A DNA stretch of 64,000 bases from Candidatus Altimarinota bacterium (GTDB lineage: Bacteria > Patescibacteriota > Gracilibacteria > 1-14-2-50-48-13): positions 576,001-640,000 of the forward strand of contig JBKBWQ010000001.1 of assembly GCA_046314355.1 (NCBI GenBank). Reading direction: 5' to 3'. Positions within the stretch are counted from its first letter, which is position 1. Every line of letters begins with the position of its first letter. Positions 37,311 to 47,842 of the stretch are shown here, piece by piece. The position numbers were made by a program, and so were the translations under genes. Under the pieces are notes generated by a model. The model saw nothing but the letters and a program-made list of their open reading frames with translations. It had not been told where the DNA came from and searched no databases.

Positions 37311-38522
37311 TTATTGTGCTTGAGCATTTTGATATGCATTGATATAGAGAGTCAGGTCCTTAATATCAACTGTGCCATCGTTATTAAGATCTACTTCTAT
37401 CTTCTTTTTTGCTGGCGTTACCATTAAAGAAAAAGAACCAGAGACCATATGTGCTTCTTTATCGTATACTTTGTAAGTAAGAATATATGGTGTTGCAGAT
37501 GTCTTAACTCCATTTGGTAAAGCAAAGTTAGTAGTATATTCAATATAGTTAGCAGTACGTCCCACTTCTAGAAGCTTATTCTCCTTTGCTAGACCAAGCG
37601 CACTTAGGTCAATAGTTACCCGGTCCATATCCTTTAGACCATCCTTATCTTTTACACTGATATATACATAGATCGGATCTCCAGTTCCTTCAATGACTGT
37701 ATTTGGGAAAAGTGATGTTTTATCTTGAGTTACCTCAGGTACATTTTTAAGTACCACTGCTTGACCTGGAGCTGTAAGTGTTCCTCTATTTGGCGGAGTA
37801 AGTTCTCCTGTAAATGGTTTCTTTACGGGATTAGGTAAGACAGTCCCGCTAGCTGTACTTTTTGCTGTAATATGAAGTTCTCCTTCAGCCTCAAAATGAG
37901 GGAACCCTGCCTCTGATCCTGTAAACGTTGTATGAAGAGCACTAATAATATGTAGGCGCAGTTCATTTGTTTCACTGAGGTTAGCTACAGCAACCTGAAA
38001 AGGAAGCATAAGAAGATTATCAATACTCTTATCAAGTAGTAACGGAGATCCCCCTTGCGGTTCAATATCGACGGTGAGTATTCCCTCTTCATAATTTGCT
38101 TTTGCTGTTGCAGTATACTGTTCTGTAGTTACTAACTCTTTTCCTACATACTGAATTCCCTTTGTTGGAAATTTAATTTTCAGAGAGAGTTTCTTTTCAA
38201 TCGAAACAAACTCTTTGCTGCGGAATGCAACTGCGACTTTTCCTGTACTACCATTTTCTAGCTTATATACCCTTGGGAAATAAACCCCTTGCTGCTCATT
38301 ACCATTGATAAGCAATGCATAGATAAGGTTTCTTTCTTCATCAGATATAAATTCTTTTAAAGTACTTCCGCTATTAAAATCTATAGTAAGCTTCCCTGAT
38401 CCCGTATCATCAGAGTCTAAAAGTGATGACTGGAAAATCCCTCCCCGTATTCCGAGGACTATAAGCATAAACGTCACAGAGACGGCTAGTGCAGTAAGAG
38501 ATAAGATTTTTTTTCTTTCCAT
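37311..38522 (-). CDS. Membrane-anchored surface protein with a C-terminal dockerin-like Ca-binding motif
   Basis: N-terminal TM; ends 'DLNNDGTVDIKDLTLYINAY'. Confidence 0.7.
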   Translation of the reverse strand: MERKKILSLTALAVSVTFMLIVLGIRGGIFQSSLLDSDDTGSGKLTIDFNSGSTLKEFISDEERNLIYALLINGNEQQGVYFPRVYKLENGSTGKVAVAFRSKEFVSIEKKLSLKIKFPTKGIQYVGKELVTTEQYTATAKANYEEGILTVDIEPQGGSPLLLDKSIDNLLMLPFQVAVANLSETNELRLHIISALHTTFTGSEAGFPHFEAEGELHITAKSTASGTVLPNPVKKPFTGELTPPNRGTLTAPGQAVVLKNVPEVTQDKTSLFPNTVIEGTGDPIYVYISVKDKDGLKDMDRVTIDLSALGLAKENKLLEVGRTANYIEYTTNFALPNGVKTSATPYILTYKVYDKEAHMVSGSFSLMVTPAKKKIEVDLNNDGTVDIKDLTLYINAYQNAQAQ

Positions 38523-38704
38523 AATGTTTATATTTGTTTTGAGATGAACGAATCATTCCTAGTATCTTACCATAACTAGATATAAGTCTCTAACCAGAGC
38601 TCTTGTTAAATCTCGTGTTTTATTGTGTAGAATTATTACAAAAGAAAATCCTTTTTCTAAAGAGGGTTATGGAGTATAATGAGTAGATTTATATTTCATA
38701 CATT

Positions 38705-39688
38705 ATGAAAAGACATCTAGAGAAAATACATAGTCATTATAAAACCCACAAGGAAAAGCTCCTTCAAGTATGGGAGGAAAAACCCTTAACACGCACTGTT
38801 ACAATTGCAGTTTTTGGCATCAGCATTGTCGTACTAGGAGGATTTATACGAAATGCATATGAAGCCAAGCAGGTTCCATCAAATAGCACTTCTACTATCT
38901 CAGTATCACAGGAAGCATTTGAAGATCTGCATTTTGCTGGTACAATAAATAAAAATACCAACCATACTATTAGTGCAACAGGCGTTAAACAGCCTGTGAT
39001 AAGCTCTCCAATAGCTAAAAGCACTCCTGTGTATGGTGTAGAAAATACCTTAAGACTTGAGCAGGATATACAGACGACACTCAAGCAGCAGCAGTCTACA
39101 AAAGCAATAGAAAGCATTATCTCATCTTCAAACCGTCTGGATCCTATATATACGGATTCCACTGACCTTGTTACTAAGCATATAGAAATATTGCGAATTA
39201 TGAGATCATACTTGAGTGTAAATCTTATTACACTCATGAATGGTAGTCCAAACCGTGAACAAGTACTGGATAGCTTTTTTGATAAACTTAAAAATGCACA
39301 GACTACAATACAAGCAAGTACAAATGAGCTAAATAGTGAGATCGCAAGACTTAAAGATGAGTACGGGAGACATGAAAGTGCCAAAAAAACAGCAAGTACA
39401 AATTTTGCCAACAAACTTGCAAATCTTGATGCAAATGGTACTAACACTGAACTCTCAACTATAATCAAAGAAGAGCAGCAAGCTGCAGAATTCTATACGA
39501 GATACAGAAGCTTTGAAAAGATTAGAAATATCTATGCTGCCCTTACAAAACCTATCAATACAAAATTAACTGTTATCAGTGCAAACCGTGAAGCTCTTAT
39601 CAAAGGAGTACAGGTAGTTGCTGTTCCTGGTATGCAGGAAGATCTCATCCTTACAGAGAAACAGTGGAGAGACCTTATAAATAGATAA
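38705..39688 (+). CDS. Membrane-anchored coiled-coil hypothetical protein
   Basis: Single TM followed by long amphipathic helices. Confidence 0.75.
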   Translation: MKRHLEKIHSHYKTHKEKLLQVWEEKPLTRTVTIAVFGISIVVLGGFIRNAYEAKQVPSNSTSTISVSQEAFEDLHFAGTINKNTNHTISATGVKQPVISSPIAKSTPVYGVENTLRLEQDIQTTLKQQQSTKAIESIISSSNRLDPIYTDSTDLVTKHIEILRIMRSYLSVNLITLMNGSPNREQVLDSFFDKLKNAQTTIQASTNELNSEIARLKDEYGRHESAKKTASTNFANKLANLDANGTNTELSTIIKEEQQAAEFYTRYRSFEKIRNIYAALTKPINTKLTVISANREALIKGVQVVAVPGMQEDLILTEKQWRDLINR

Positions 39689-39690
39689 GA

Positions 39691-41976
39691 CTAGAAGTCA
39701 TCTTCAGTAGCAGCAGGCTCACTCGCCGTAACATCTAAAAATACTTTTCTTGGCTTTGATCCCTCTGCAGGTCCTACAATTCCCCGCTCTTCTAAATCAT
39801 CAAGCATACGTGCAGCTCTAGAGTATCCAATCTTCAATCTTCTCTGCAGAAGACTTGTAGATGCTTTTCCTGTAGCACGCAGTACGTCGATCGCCTCTTT
39901 CAGCATACTATCCTCATCCATATCCTGTCCTTCAAAGATACTTCCCTTCAAAGTAGAATCTTCACTTGGTGCAACGACCTCATCAACATAATGAATATCA
40001 TCCATATCACTAGGAGTCAGCTTGATTGCGTTTACTACCTTTTCTACCTCTTCGGTTGGTGCAAAGACTCCTTGAATTCGCTTTGGATCATTACCATTAC
40101 CAGGCATAAAGAGCATATCTCCTTTTCCAAGAAGATCTTCAGCTCCAATCATATCTAATATAGTTCTTGAGTCCACAAGGCTTGATACCCGATATGCTAT
40201 TCTAGCAGGAATATTTGCCTTGATAAGACCTGTAATAACATCTACTGATGGTCTTTGCGTTGCAACTACAAGATGCATTCCCACAGCACGTGCAAGCTGA
40301 GCAATACGGCAGATATATCCTTCTATGGTCTTCTTATCTCCAGTCATCATCAATTCCGCAAGCTCATCTATGATACAGACGATATGAGGCATCTTTTTAT
40401 CTGGGCTAACTTTTGCATTATACTCAGCTCTATTTCGCGCACCCACACTTTCTAGTTCATTGTAACGCCTCATCATTTCTGTCACACACCACTTTAAAGC
40501 ATTTACCGCCTTATCAACTTCCGTAATTACCGGAGTCAAGAGATGCGGAATATTATTATATACCTTTAACTCCACTCTCTTCGGATCCACAAGGATCAGT
40601 CTAAGATCCCTTGGTGAGTTCTGATAAAGAAGACTTACAATAATAGTATTGATACCCATAGATTTTCCTGACCCCGTCTGTCCTGCCACAAGGAGATGAG
40701 GCATGCTTGCAAGATCAGCAATAACAGGAGATCCACTTACATCTTTTCCTAAAGGAATACGCAGATTTGCTTTTAGAGAATAAAAGCTGTCTGAAAGTAG
40801 AAGCTCTTTTAAGCGAACGTTTGAACGCTTTTCATTCGGCATTTCAATACCAACATATGATTTGCCTGGGATAGGGGCTTCTATTCGGAGCGACTCAGCT
40901 GCAAGTGCAAGTTTAAGATCATCTCTAAGACTTGTGATCTTTGAAAGCTTCACATCCTCCGCCGGCTGAAGTGAATACTGCATAACAGTAGGTCCCACTT
41001 TTACATCTTTTACTTTCACCGTTACACCAAACTGTTCAAGCTTATCTTCAATCTTCTTCGCATTATCTCTCAAGTATCCATCATCTAAATGCACCTCTTC
41101 ATCAGGATCATCTAATAAGTCCACACTTGGAAATTCCCATTTAAAGTTTTCATCAATAGTTGCATTAATATCAATCATATCCTTTTCTTTTTTCTTATGG
41201 AGCTTTGCAGCAGCATCCATCACGTTCATATTACTATCTTTAAATACAGGAGTGATTTTTGCCGTATGAACAGTAAATTCATCTTTTTTTGCTACAGGAT
41301 TTCTTTTTTGAAATACCTCAGTAGCAGCTTTGATAACGTCTTTTGTAAGTAGAGTGCCTCTTTCTAAAGACGTATCCATTTCTTTTGTAAATATATCCTC
41401 GACTGAACTCTCAAGCTCTCTTTTCCGCGCGCTATCATGCAGCATCGAAATAACCTCTTTAATAGAATATTCAAGCGTCAAGACGGCACCGATAAGTATC
41501 ACTGCCCACAATATATATCTCGATGCTTCACTAAATGCACTATAAAGAAGAAATCCTACTATGAATCCTAGATATCCTCCATTTTCAGTAATATGTGCAA
41601 GTGTCATCTGATTGATACCTGCATCAACTTGCACAAGACCTAAACAACCAAGAAAGAAAAGACAAAGACCCGCAACTCTAGCACTATTGAATGGAACTTC
41701 TTTCAAAAAAAAGATTAGTACTGCAAGTATACTAAATACAGATATAAATAAGTATATTCCCCATATTCCTACAAGATTCTTTAAGAATCCGATCCACATA
41801 TCTCCTACTGGACCAGCAGATCCCTGAAGTCCGAGAAATGTAAGAAACACAAAGACAAGATAGAAAATACCTACAATTTCACGTGTAAGCTTTCCGTCAA
41901 TTTCTATATGTAAAGGATTTCCTGCTTCAGATTTGAGACGTTTCTTAGCCGGGGTTCTTCTACGGCGTTTGGTCAT
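39691..41976 (-). CDS. ftsK: DNA translocase FtsK
   Basis: N-terminal TMs, 'PHLLVAGQTGSGKS', 'IIDELAELM', 'ATQRPSVDVITG', gamma domain 'LQRRLKIGYSRAAR'. Confidence 0.97.
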   Translation of the reverse strand: MTKRRRRTPAKKRLKSEAGNPLHIEIDGKLTREIVGIFYLVFVFLTFLGLQGSAGPVGDMWIGFLKNLVGIWGIYLFISVFSILAVLIFFLKEVPFNSARVAGLCLFFLGCLGLVQVDAGINQMTLAHITENGGYLGFIVGFLLYSAFSEASRYILWAVILIGAVLTLEYSIKEVISMLHDSARKRELESSVEDIFTKEMDTSLERGTLLTKDVIKAATEVFQKRNPVAKKDEFTVHTAKITPVFKDSNMNVMDAAAKLHKKKEKDMIDINATIDENFKWEFPSVDLLDDPDEEVHLDDGYLRDNAKKIEDKLEQFGVTVKVKDVKVGPTVMQYSLQPAEDVKLSKITSLRDDLKLALAAESLRIEAPIPGKSYVGIEMPNEKRSNVRLKELLLSDSFYSLKANLRIPLGKDVSGSPVIADLASMPHLLVAGQTGSGKSMGINTIIVSLLYQNSPRDLRLILVDPKRVELKVYNNIPHLLTPVITEVDKAVNALKWCVTEMMRRYNELESVGARNRAEYNAKVSPDKKMPHIVCIIDELAELMMTGDKKTIEGYICRIAQLARAVGMHLVVATQRPSVDVITGLIKANIPARIAYRVSSLVDSRTILDMIGAEDLLGKGDMLFMPGNGNDPKRIQGVFAPTEEVEKVVNAIKLTPSDMDDIHYVDEVVAPSEDSTLKGSIFEGQDMDEDSMLKEAIDVLRATGKASTSLLQRRLKIGYSRAARMLDDLEERGIVGPAEGSKPRKVFLDVTASEPAATEDDF

Positions 41977-42051
41977 GCTGATATAGAACAAAAGAAAAAA
42001 TAGATGTGTGTACTATACTTAAACTAATGAGTAATTGCAATAAAAGTACTC

Positions 42052-42951
42052 TTATATAAGGACCTTTGAAAGTTTTATAAATCCTTCTTCTGCAATACCG
42101 ATAGCGAGGAGCTCATCCTTCATATTCTTTAATTGAATATTAGTGTTATTTTCATAAGAAGTAGGTAATTGAGGCTGGACTCCATAGACAAGACCTTGTT
42201 CAATTTCATCAGACACAATAACCTTACACATGTTTAATTGTATTTCCCTGAGCGGTATTAGGAGATTGTCTATATCTTGTCTCGTCATGTCTAGAACTGT
42301 ACATTTGTCGTCTAGACGGTATGTGTCTACTGATACTCTTCTTAGCTCCTTCACATATGCACCAACCCCTAAAGCAATTCCGATATCATAGCCTAAGGAA
42401 CGAATATATGTGCCTGTACTACATGCAACTTCAAGCTCTAAATAAGGCTCATTATAGGACAAGATTTTTATGTACTCTATATGAATTCTGCGAGTAGGCA
42501 TTTTTATATCGTGACCTTTTCTTGCTCCTTTATATGCTCTTTTACCATCTATTTTTATTGCAGAAAATTTAGGTGGAATCTGATCAATGTCTCCCACAAA
42601 AGTAGGCAGTATTTTTTCAATAGCTGCTACATCTATACATGAGGTATCTGCATATTCAGTAATAGTTCCTTCAGGATCATAAGTAGTACTTACCTTTCCT
42701 AGATGAAGGGTAGCTGTATATACCTTCGGGAGTCCTTGCAGATATTCTACCAATCTGACTGCTTTCCCAAGAGCAAGGACAAGCAATCCCGTAGCAAAAG
42801 GATCAAGAGTGCCTATATGTCCCACCCTCTTCTCTCCGGTCAACTTACGCATAAATGACACCATATTAAAAGAAGTTTTCCACTTCGGTTTATCCACTAG
42901 TATTATACCGTCCAATTGATTTAAATAACGAAAATAAAAAGGAAGCCCCAA
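42052..42951 (-). CDS. truB: tRNA pseudouridine(55) synthase TruB
   Basis: 'VGHIGTLDPFATG', 'QIPPKFSAIK', 'CSTGTYIRSL'; exact start uncertain. Confidence 0.95.
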   Translation of the reverse strand: MGLPFYFRYLNQLDGIILVDKPKWKTSFNMVSFMRKLTGEKRVGHIGTLDPFATGLLVLALGKAVRLVEYLQGLPKVYTATLHLGKVSTTYDPEGTITEYADTSCIDVAAIEKILPTFVGDIDQIPPKFSAIKIDGKRAYKGARKGHDIKMPTRRIHIEYIKILSYNEPYLELEVACSTGTYIRSLGYDIGIALGVGAYVKELRRVSVDTYRLDDKCTVLDMTRQDIDNLLIPLREIQLNMCKVIVSDEIEQGLVYGVQPQLPTSYENNTNIQLKNMKDELLAIGIAEEGFIKLSKVLI

Positions 42952-43003
42952 TGGAACTTCCTTTTCACTATAAAAGATTTAGAGCCTCTCTTCAATATAA
43001 GCT

Positions 43004-43492
43004 TTATTTTTTAGACTGAGGCTTCGCAGAAGTCTTTTTTATAGCAGTCGTTGCTTTGTTTTTTGCAGCATTAACTGTTTTATTAGCTTTAGCAGCAAGA
43101 GCCTTTCCTTCTGTCATTGCTTCTGCCTTGACCTCTTCTTTTCCTTCTTCGAAACGAACCCTAAGTTCTTCCCACTGATCTTCAAAGTTTGTTCTCATTT
43201 CAAGCATCTTTTTCTGTGCCTGCTTGTAAAGATCTTCAAACTTTTCATTAGCCATCTCCTTGTATTCCTCAACTAACTCTGATGACCGTACTTCTGTGGC
43301 AATCTTCTTAGCTTCGTCTCCAAGACCTTTCAGTTCCTGTAAAAGAAGATCTGAAAGATTATCCTTATTCTTAATAGCCTGATAAAAGTCCTTTCGAACC
43401 TCGGAACCCTTTCTTTTGGCAGTAAAAAGAGCAAAGATACCTCCCAACACTGTACCAAAGATAAAACTGAAAAATCCTATTCCTTTTTTCAT
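43004..43492 (-). CDS. YtxH domain-containing protein
   Basis: 'GTVLGGIFALFTAKRKGSEVRK' followed by a coiled coil. Confidence 0.75.
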   Translation of the reverse strand: MKKGIGFFSFIFGTVLGGIFALFTAKRKGSEVRKDFYQAIKNKDNLSDLLLQELKGLGDEAKKIATEVRSSELVEEYKEMANEKFEDLYKQAQKKMLEMRTNFEDQWEELRVRFEEGKEEVKAEAMTEGKALAAKANKTVNAAKNKATTAIKKTSAKPQSKK

Positions 43493-43581
43493 AGTGGTTA
43501 TTGGGTAATGAAATAAACGTCATTAGGTAGTATATAAAAAAAAGAAGCCTTTGGAAAGGCTTCTTTTTACTACTATCTTTA

Positions 43582-46014
43582 TTAATCTTTTTTCTTATTG
43601 ATCATTCCAACAGGAAGAATTCTTTTACCAAATTCCGTTGTTGCAAAGATCTGAAGACTAATACGCGTTACCCAAACTGCCGTAAAGAGACTAAGCAAGA
43701 TACCTATCAAGAGGAATACTGCAAACCCTTTTACCTGATCTGTACCAACAAGGAAAAGCAAGAGGGCCGTAATAATACTTGAGACATGAGAATCTCGAAT
43801 AGCTGGCCAAGCTCTTTCAAAAGATCTTTTAATATTTGTACTAAGATTACCACCTTCTGTAAGCTCTTCTTTAAGTCTCTCAAACTGGAGGATATTACCA
43901 TCTACAGCCATACCAATCGATAGGATAATCGCTGCAGCACTTGATAATGTTAGGTTAAATCCAGGAAGAAGCTTAATAAATGCAAGGAATAAAATCGCAT
44001 ATATGAGAAGCGCAATCATTGCAATCACACCTGCAGCTCTATAAAGATAGATAATATATATAGTAAGGATAAGGAACCCAACACATGCAGCAATAATACT
44101 CTTCTGAAGAGCATCTGCTCCAAGCTCAGCTCCCACAACTTCCTCACCAGATATAGAAATCGGTGCTGGAATTGCTCCTGTATTGAGATCTCTAGCAAGC
44201 GCAATAGCACTCTGAGGCGTAAAGTTACCTTCAATTACTGCATTTCCTCCTGTAATCTTATCGTTTACTGTAGGTGCAGAGATGAGAGTACCACCGACAA
44301 AGATAGCCACCTGCTTTCCTTTATACTTTTCAGTTATATTTGCGAAGAGGTCTCCACCTTCCTTATTAAATTTGATAGAAACAACTGGATCAAGTCTATT
44401 CTGATAATACTGAACATCAGCACTATCGAAGTATTCTCCGGTAAGCTGTTTGCCGTCTACTACTGCCGGCATCCATGGGTCAGGAATAGTTGAATAAAGT
44501 ATCTGAGAATATGCATACTTAGTTTCTTCTCTAAGTGCCTTCATCGCTTCTGTTGCTCTCGTCTTTGCTTCATCTTTACTTCTTGTCTCAGAAGCACATG
44601 ACGCATCTTTTGCACCAGCATAACATACCATGATCTGATTCATTTTTGCCCAAGTAGCAGAAGCAGGTTTTGTATTAGTCTTCATAATTATATGATAACC
44701 AAACTCAGTTTCCACTACGCTTGAAACCTCACCATCTTTAATGGAAAAAGCTGCATCCTCGAAAGGTTTTACCATTGCTCCTTTAGCAAAGAATCCCAAA
44801 GTACCACCAGCACTTGCAGAACCATCCTCAGAATTTTCTTTAGCAAATTCAGCAAATTTAGAAGGGTCTGCCTTAAGCTTAGCAGCTAAATCCTCTGCCT
44901 TTGCTTTTGCGGCAGCATTATTTGTATCCACTTTCTTATTTGCCTCGGCAATCTTAGCATTTTCTTCAGTTATCTTCTTTTTATCATCCTCAGTCGCTGC
45001 AGCTGGAATAGTCTTAAGTTCTGCTCTAGGTTCTGTTCTAAGCAAGATATGTGATGCCTCAATCTGCTCGCTGCCCTCAGCAAGCTTCTGAGTCATTGAA
45101 AGTACAACCATACCTTCGTCAGCTTCAACTACATCAGATACCTGTCCTTGCTGCATAGCAGTAGATCCAGTAAGAGCATTCTTAAGATATGCTGGAAGTG
45201 CTCCATTATCAGATTTTACAAATCCAAGATCACTTTCTTTTGCGTTATTATATTTCTTTGCAACATCTGCAAATAGCTGACCATTCTTAGGATAACTTCG
45301 AAGTTCAGTACTTACATTATCAAGCTTTACAATAACATATCCCTGTTCTGCGCTCTGTAGAGCAGAATCATCTATAAGTTCTCCAATAATCTCTCCTGCT
45401 TTTGCCTTTGTGATCTTATCCTTTATAGTTGCAGGAAGCTCATCAAGAAACTGTGCTTTTTTAGTAGTTGCTACTTTTCCTTCATTTCCATTAGTCTTTT
45501 CCTCAGCTATATTCTGAAATTTATCTGGAGCAGCCTTTACTGCAGCAAGAGTTGCCTCAGCATCCTTCTTTACTACATCCTTTTCTCCGCTATCAAGAGA
45601 CGGCTTTGGTACCTTGAATTCAAGCTGTATTGTCTTACCAATAGTCTTTTTTGCCGCTTCCACATCACTTACACCCGCGAGCGTAACCTTAATATGATCC
45701 TCATTACCAATAGTACTTAATACAATATCCGGCTCAGAAACTCCTAAAGCATCCACTCGGTCGTGGATTACCTTTTTAATACCCTGAAGTACCTGATTTT
45801 TTTTGTCAGAAGTAATCTTTGAAGTATCAATCTTATAATCAAGCTCAACTCCTCCTGCAAGATCAAGACCTTTGCTTATTTGCTTATTTGTCGCAAATTT
45901 TAGAAACCCTGGAGTAAATTGATCAATTCCTTTTTTCCATGAAGCTGGTAGAGCTATAAATAACGCAAGTAGCGCCAGTAGTAGTACGAGGGTGAATTTT
46001 CCTTTGAGCGACAT
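43582..46014 (-). CDS. secD: Protein translocase subunit SecD with inserted parvulin-type PPIase domains
   Basis: 'GLDLAGG', 'RVDALGVSEP', 'SIGMAVDGNILQFERLKEE', 'VKGFA'; internal 'SHILL...FAEFAKENSED...GGTLG...MVKPFEDAAF...VETEFGYHII'. Confidence 0.93.
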   Translation of the reverse strand: MSLKGKFTLVLLLALLALFIALPASWKKGIDQFTPGFLKFATNKQISKGLDLAGGVELDYKIDTSKITSDKKNQVLQGIKKVIHDRVDALGVSEPDIVLSTIGNEDHIKVTLAGVSDVEAAKKTIGKTIQLEFKVPKPSLDSGEKDVVKKDAEATLAAVKAAPDKFQNIAEEKTNGNEGKVATTKKAQFLDELPATIKDKITKAKAGEIIGELIDDSALQSAEQGYVIVKLDNVSTELRSYPKNGQLFADVAKKYNNAKESDLGFVKSDNGALPAYLKNALTGSTAMQQGQVSDVVEADEGMVVLSMTQKLAEGSEQIEASHILLRTEPRAELKTIPAAATEDDKKKITEENAKIAEANKKVDTNNAAAKAKAEDLAAKLKADPSKFAEFAKENSEDGSASAGGTLGFFAKGAMVKPFEDAAFSIKDGEVSSVVETEFGYHIIMKTNTKPASATWAKMNQIMVCYAGAKDASCASETRSKDEAKTRATEAMKALREETKYAYSQILYSTIPDPWMPAVVDGKQLTGEYFDSADVQYYQNRLDPVVSIKFNKEGGDLFANITEKYKGKQVAIFVGGTLISAPTVNDKITGGNAVIEGNFTPQSAIALARDLNTGAIPAPISISGEEVVGAELGADALQKSIIAACVGFLILTIYIIYLYRAAGVIAMIALLIYAILFLAFIKLLPGFNLTLSSAAAIILSIGMAVDGNILQFERLKEELTEGGNLSTNIKRSFERAWPAIRDSHVSSIITALLLFLVGTDQVKGFAVFLLIGILLSLFTAVWVTRISLQIFATTEFGKRILPVGMINKKKD

Positions 46015-46160
46015 AAGATCAGTTAAGCAATAAGGAGTAAAGATGGTTTTAATACTAGATGAGTCTATCTATCTTTTCAGGATTGTCAAAAAAACTCGCT
46101 CCAGGAATGAGAATACGTAGAAAATAGGGTTGACTAAACATTCAGTATATTTTTATTTAC

Positions 46161-47258
46161 CTATCTTTTTATCTTCCGTATTTTTTTGAGAAATTTTGCT
46201 ATTTTTACCAAAAGAAACCACATAGGTTTTACTCTTATTTCAAAAGTTCCAACGAAACCTCGCTCCTGTCCGCCAAACTTTCTTTTAAACTCTGTTACTC
46301 CGGCAAGAGCAGCATCATTTTCTGCACTTCCAATACCAAGAAAGTCATAGATCTTTGATCCCAAAACCTCTTTCGCATAAGTAATAGCTTTCCATTGTAC
46401 CAGATAAGGTGCCATAAGCTGGCGGTACTGATGAAGAGAAGCTCCATAGTAATAGATACATGCATCAGAAGTATATGTGAATATTCCTCCGCCGATCCAT
46501 TCATCTCCATGTTTAGATAAAAGTAAAAATGCATGCTCAGAGCCAAGAGTTCTGAGGAAATTTTCAAAATACTCTCTACTATGTACTGAGAAACCGTCCC
46601 TCTTTCCAGTTTCATAAATCATATCAGAAAATAGCCCCACTGGATCTATAAGCTCATCAGTATACTCCATACCACTAAGCTTAGTTAGTCTCTGATCTTT
46701 ATATTCCCATCCAAACACCTCTACACCCTTTTTTTCTGCAAGACGAATATTATATCTTCCTTTTGAATGCATTTGCGCTAAGATCTCATCTTTTGTAGGA
46801 GTAAGATCGAGTACAAGTGTCTTCTTGGGATGAAAAGACTTGTGAGCTTTTGCATAAGAAAAAAAAGAGACGGTCTCAGATGATTCAGCAATAGCAGGGT
46901 CAAACCTAATCCAGACTGCATCTTTTTCAATCCTTTTTACCTCCTCAAAGAACGTTTTTAGATATTCCCGATCTTTCCATTGGAACAAGGGACCTCTTGA
47001 GAAATAAAGCCAATACTTCCTCCTCAAAAGAGGATATCTATATCCCATACTTCCAATAAGTATCTGACCCGTATGCTTCTCTCTCAAAAGATAAAGACCT
47101 ATACCATCTTTTGGTATAAGTGTTTTGATAAAATCCGCCCACACAAGGTTCTGATATAAAAACCCTTTTGTTTCAGGAATACTCTCTATAAATAACTGCC
47201 ATTCCTTTTTCTGGGAAGCAGTAAGGGTAGATAACGGTTTATATATAAGTTCCGTCAT
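46161..47258 (-). CDS. FemABX/MurM family peptidoglycan interpeptide aminoacyltransferase
   Basis: 'RGPL', 'KGRYNIRLAEKKGV', 'YYYGAS...APYLVQW...YDFLG...GVTEFKRKFGG'. Confidence 0.9.
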   Translation of the reverse strand: MTELIYKPLSTLTASQKKEWQLFIESIPETKGFLYQNLVWADFIKTLIPKDGIGLYLLREKHTGQILIGSMGYRYPLLRRKYWLYFSRGPLFQWKDREYLKTFFEEVKRIEKDAVWIRFDPAIAESSETVSFFSYAKAHKSFHPKKTLVLDLTPTKDEILAQMHSKGRYNIRLAEKKGVEVFGWEYKDQRLTKLSGMEYTDELIDPVGLFSDMIYETGKRDGFSVHSREYFENFLRTLGSEHAFLLLSKHGDEWIGGGIFTYTSDACIYYYGASLHQYRQLMAPYLVQWKAITYAKEVLGSKIYDFLGIGSAENDAALAGVTEFKRKFGGQERGFVGTFEIRVKPMWFLLVKIAKFLKKIRKIKR

Positions 47259-47263
47259 AATTA

Positions 47264-47719
47264 TCAAGAGCGAAATATAAATGAATCACCAACCTTACTA
47301 CCTTTCTCAATAGCATAGTTTGCCATCGCATCTGCTGCCGAATTAAGATGTCTTAACACATGAGAAAATTCTACTTCAGCATCTTTTGTTTCTTCAACCA
47401 CTAAATCATGAAGTCTCTTCATTTCACTATTTTTAATTTTATACTCCCCTTTCATTTGCTTTGTAACAAGTTCACTATCTAAATAGCAGTGGATTTTCTG
47501 TGGTTCAAACTCCTTTGCTCTTCTTAAAGCTAATAATAGTCCTGTGTATTCCGCCTGGTTATTTGTCTTTTCACCAAGATATGTTCCCTGCTTTAGAATT
47601 TCTTTACCAGTCTTTGTGTCAGACAATACAAATCCGCAAGAAGCTCTTCCTGGATTTCCCTTGGATGCCCCATCACAGTAGAGGGTGATTTCATTTAAAG
47701 ATTTACTTTTGGGCGCCAT
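47264..47719 (-). CDS. rnhA: Ribonuclease HI
   Basis: 'DGASKGNPG', 'TNNQAEY', 'DSELV', 'N..ADAMAN'. Confidence 0.93.
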   Translation of the reverse strand: MAPKSKSLNEITLYCDGASKGNPGRASCGFVLSDTKTGKEILKQGTYLGEKTNNQAEYTGLLLALRRAKEFEPQKIHCYLDSELVTKQMKGEYKIKNSEMKRLHDLVVEETKDAEVEFSHVLRHLNSAADAMANYAIEKGSKVGDSFIFRS

Positions 47720-47842
47720 GAAGCGTGAATTGAAATGATAGTAATAAATATTCTGGGAAATAGTCCATAAGCTCGCTTTGACCCTTGTTTCTCCAATGTG
47801 ATAGAATAATACTGATACAGACGTAAAATACTAGTCAAACCT

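Noticed and set aside
38764-39468. 234-aa minus-strand ORF
   Set aside because: It is the antisense shadow of the coiled-coil gene 38705..39688. The other short overlapping ORFs in the track were dropped for the same reason.
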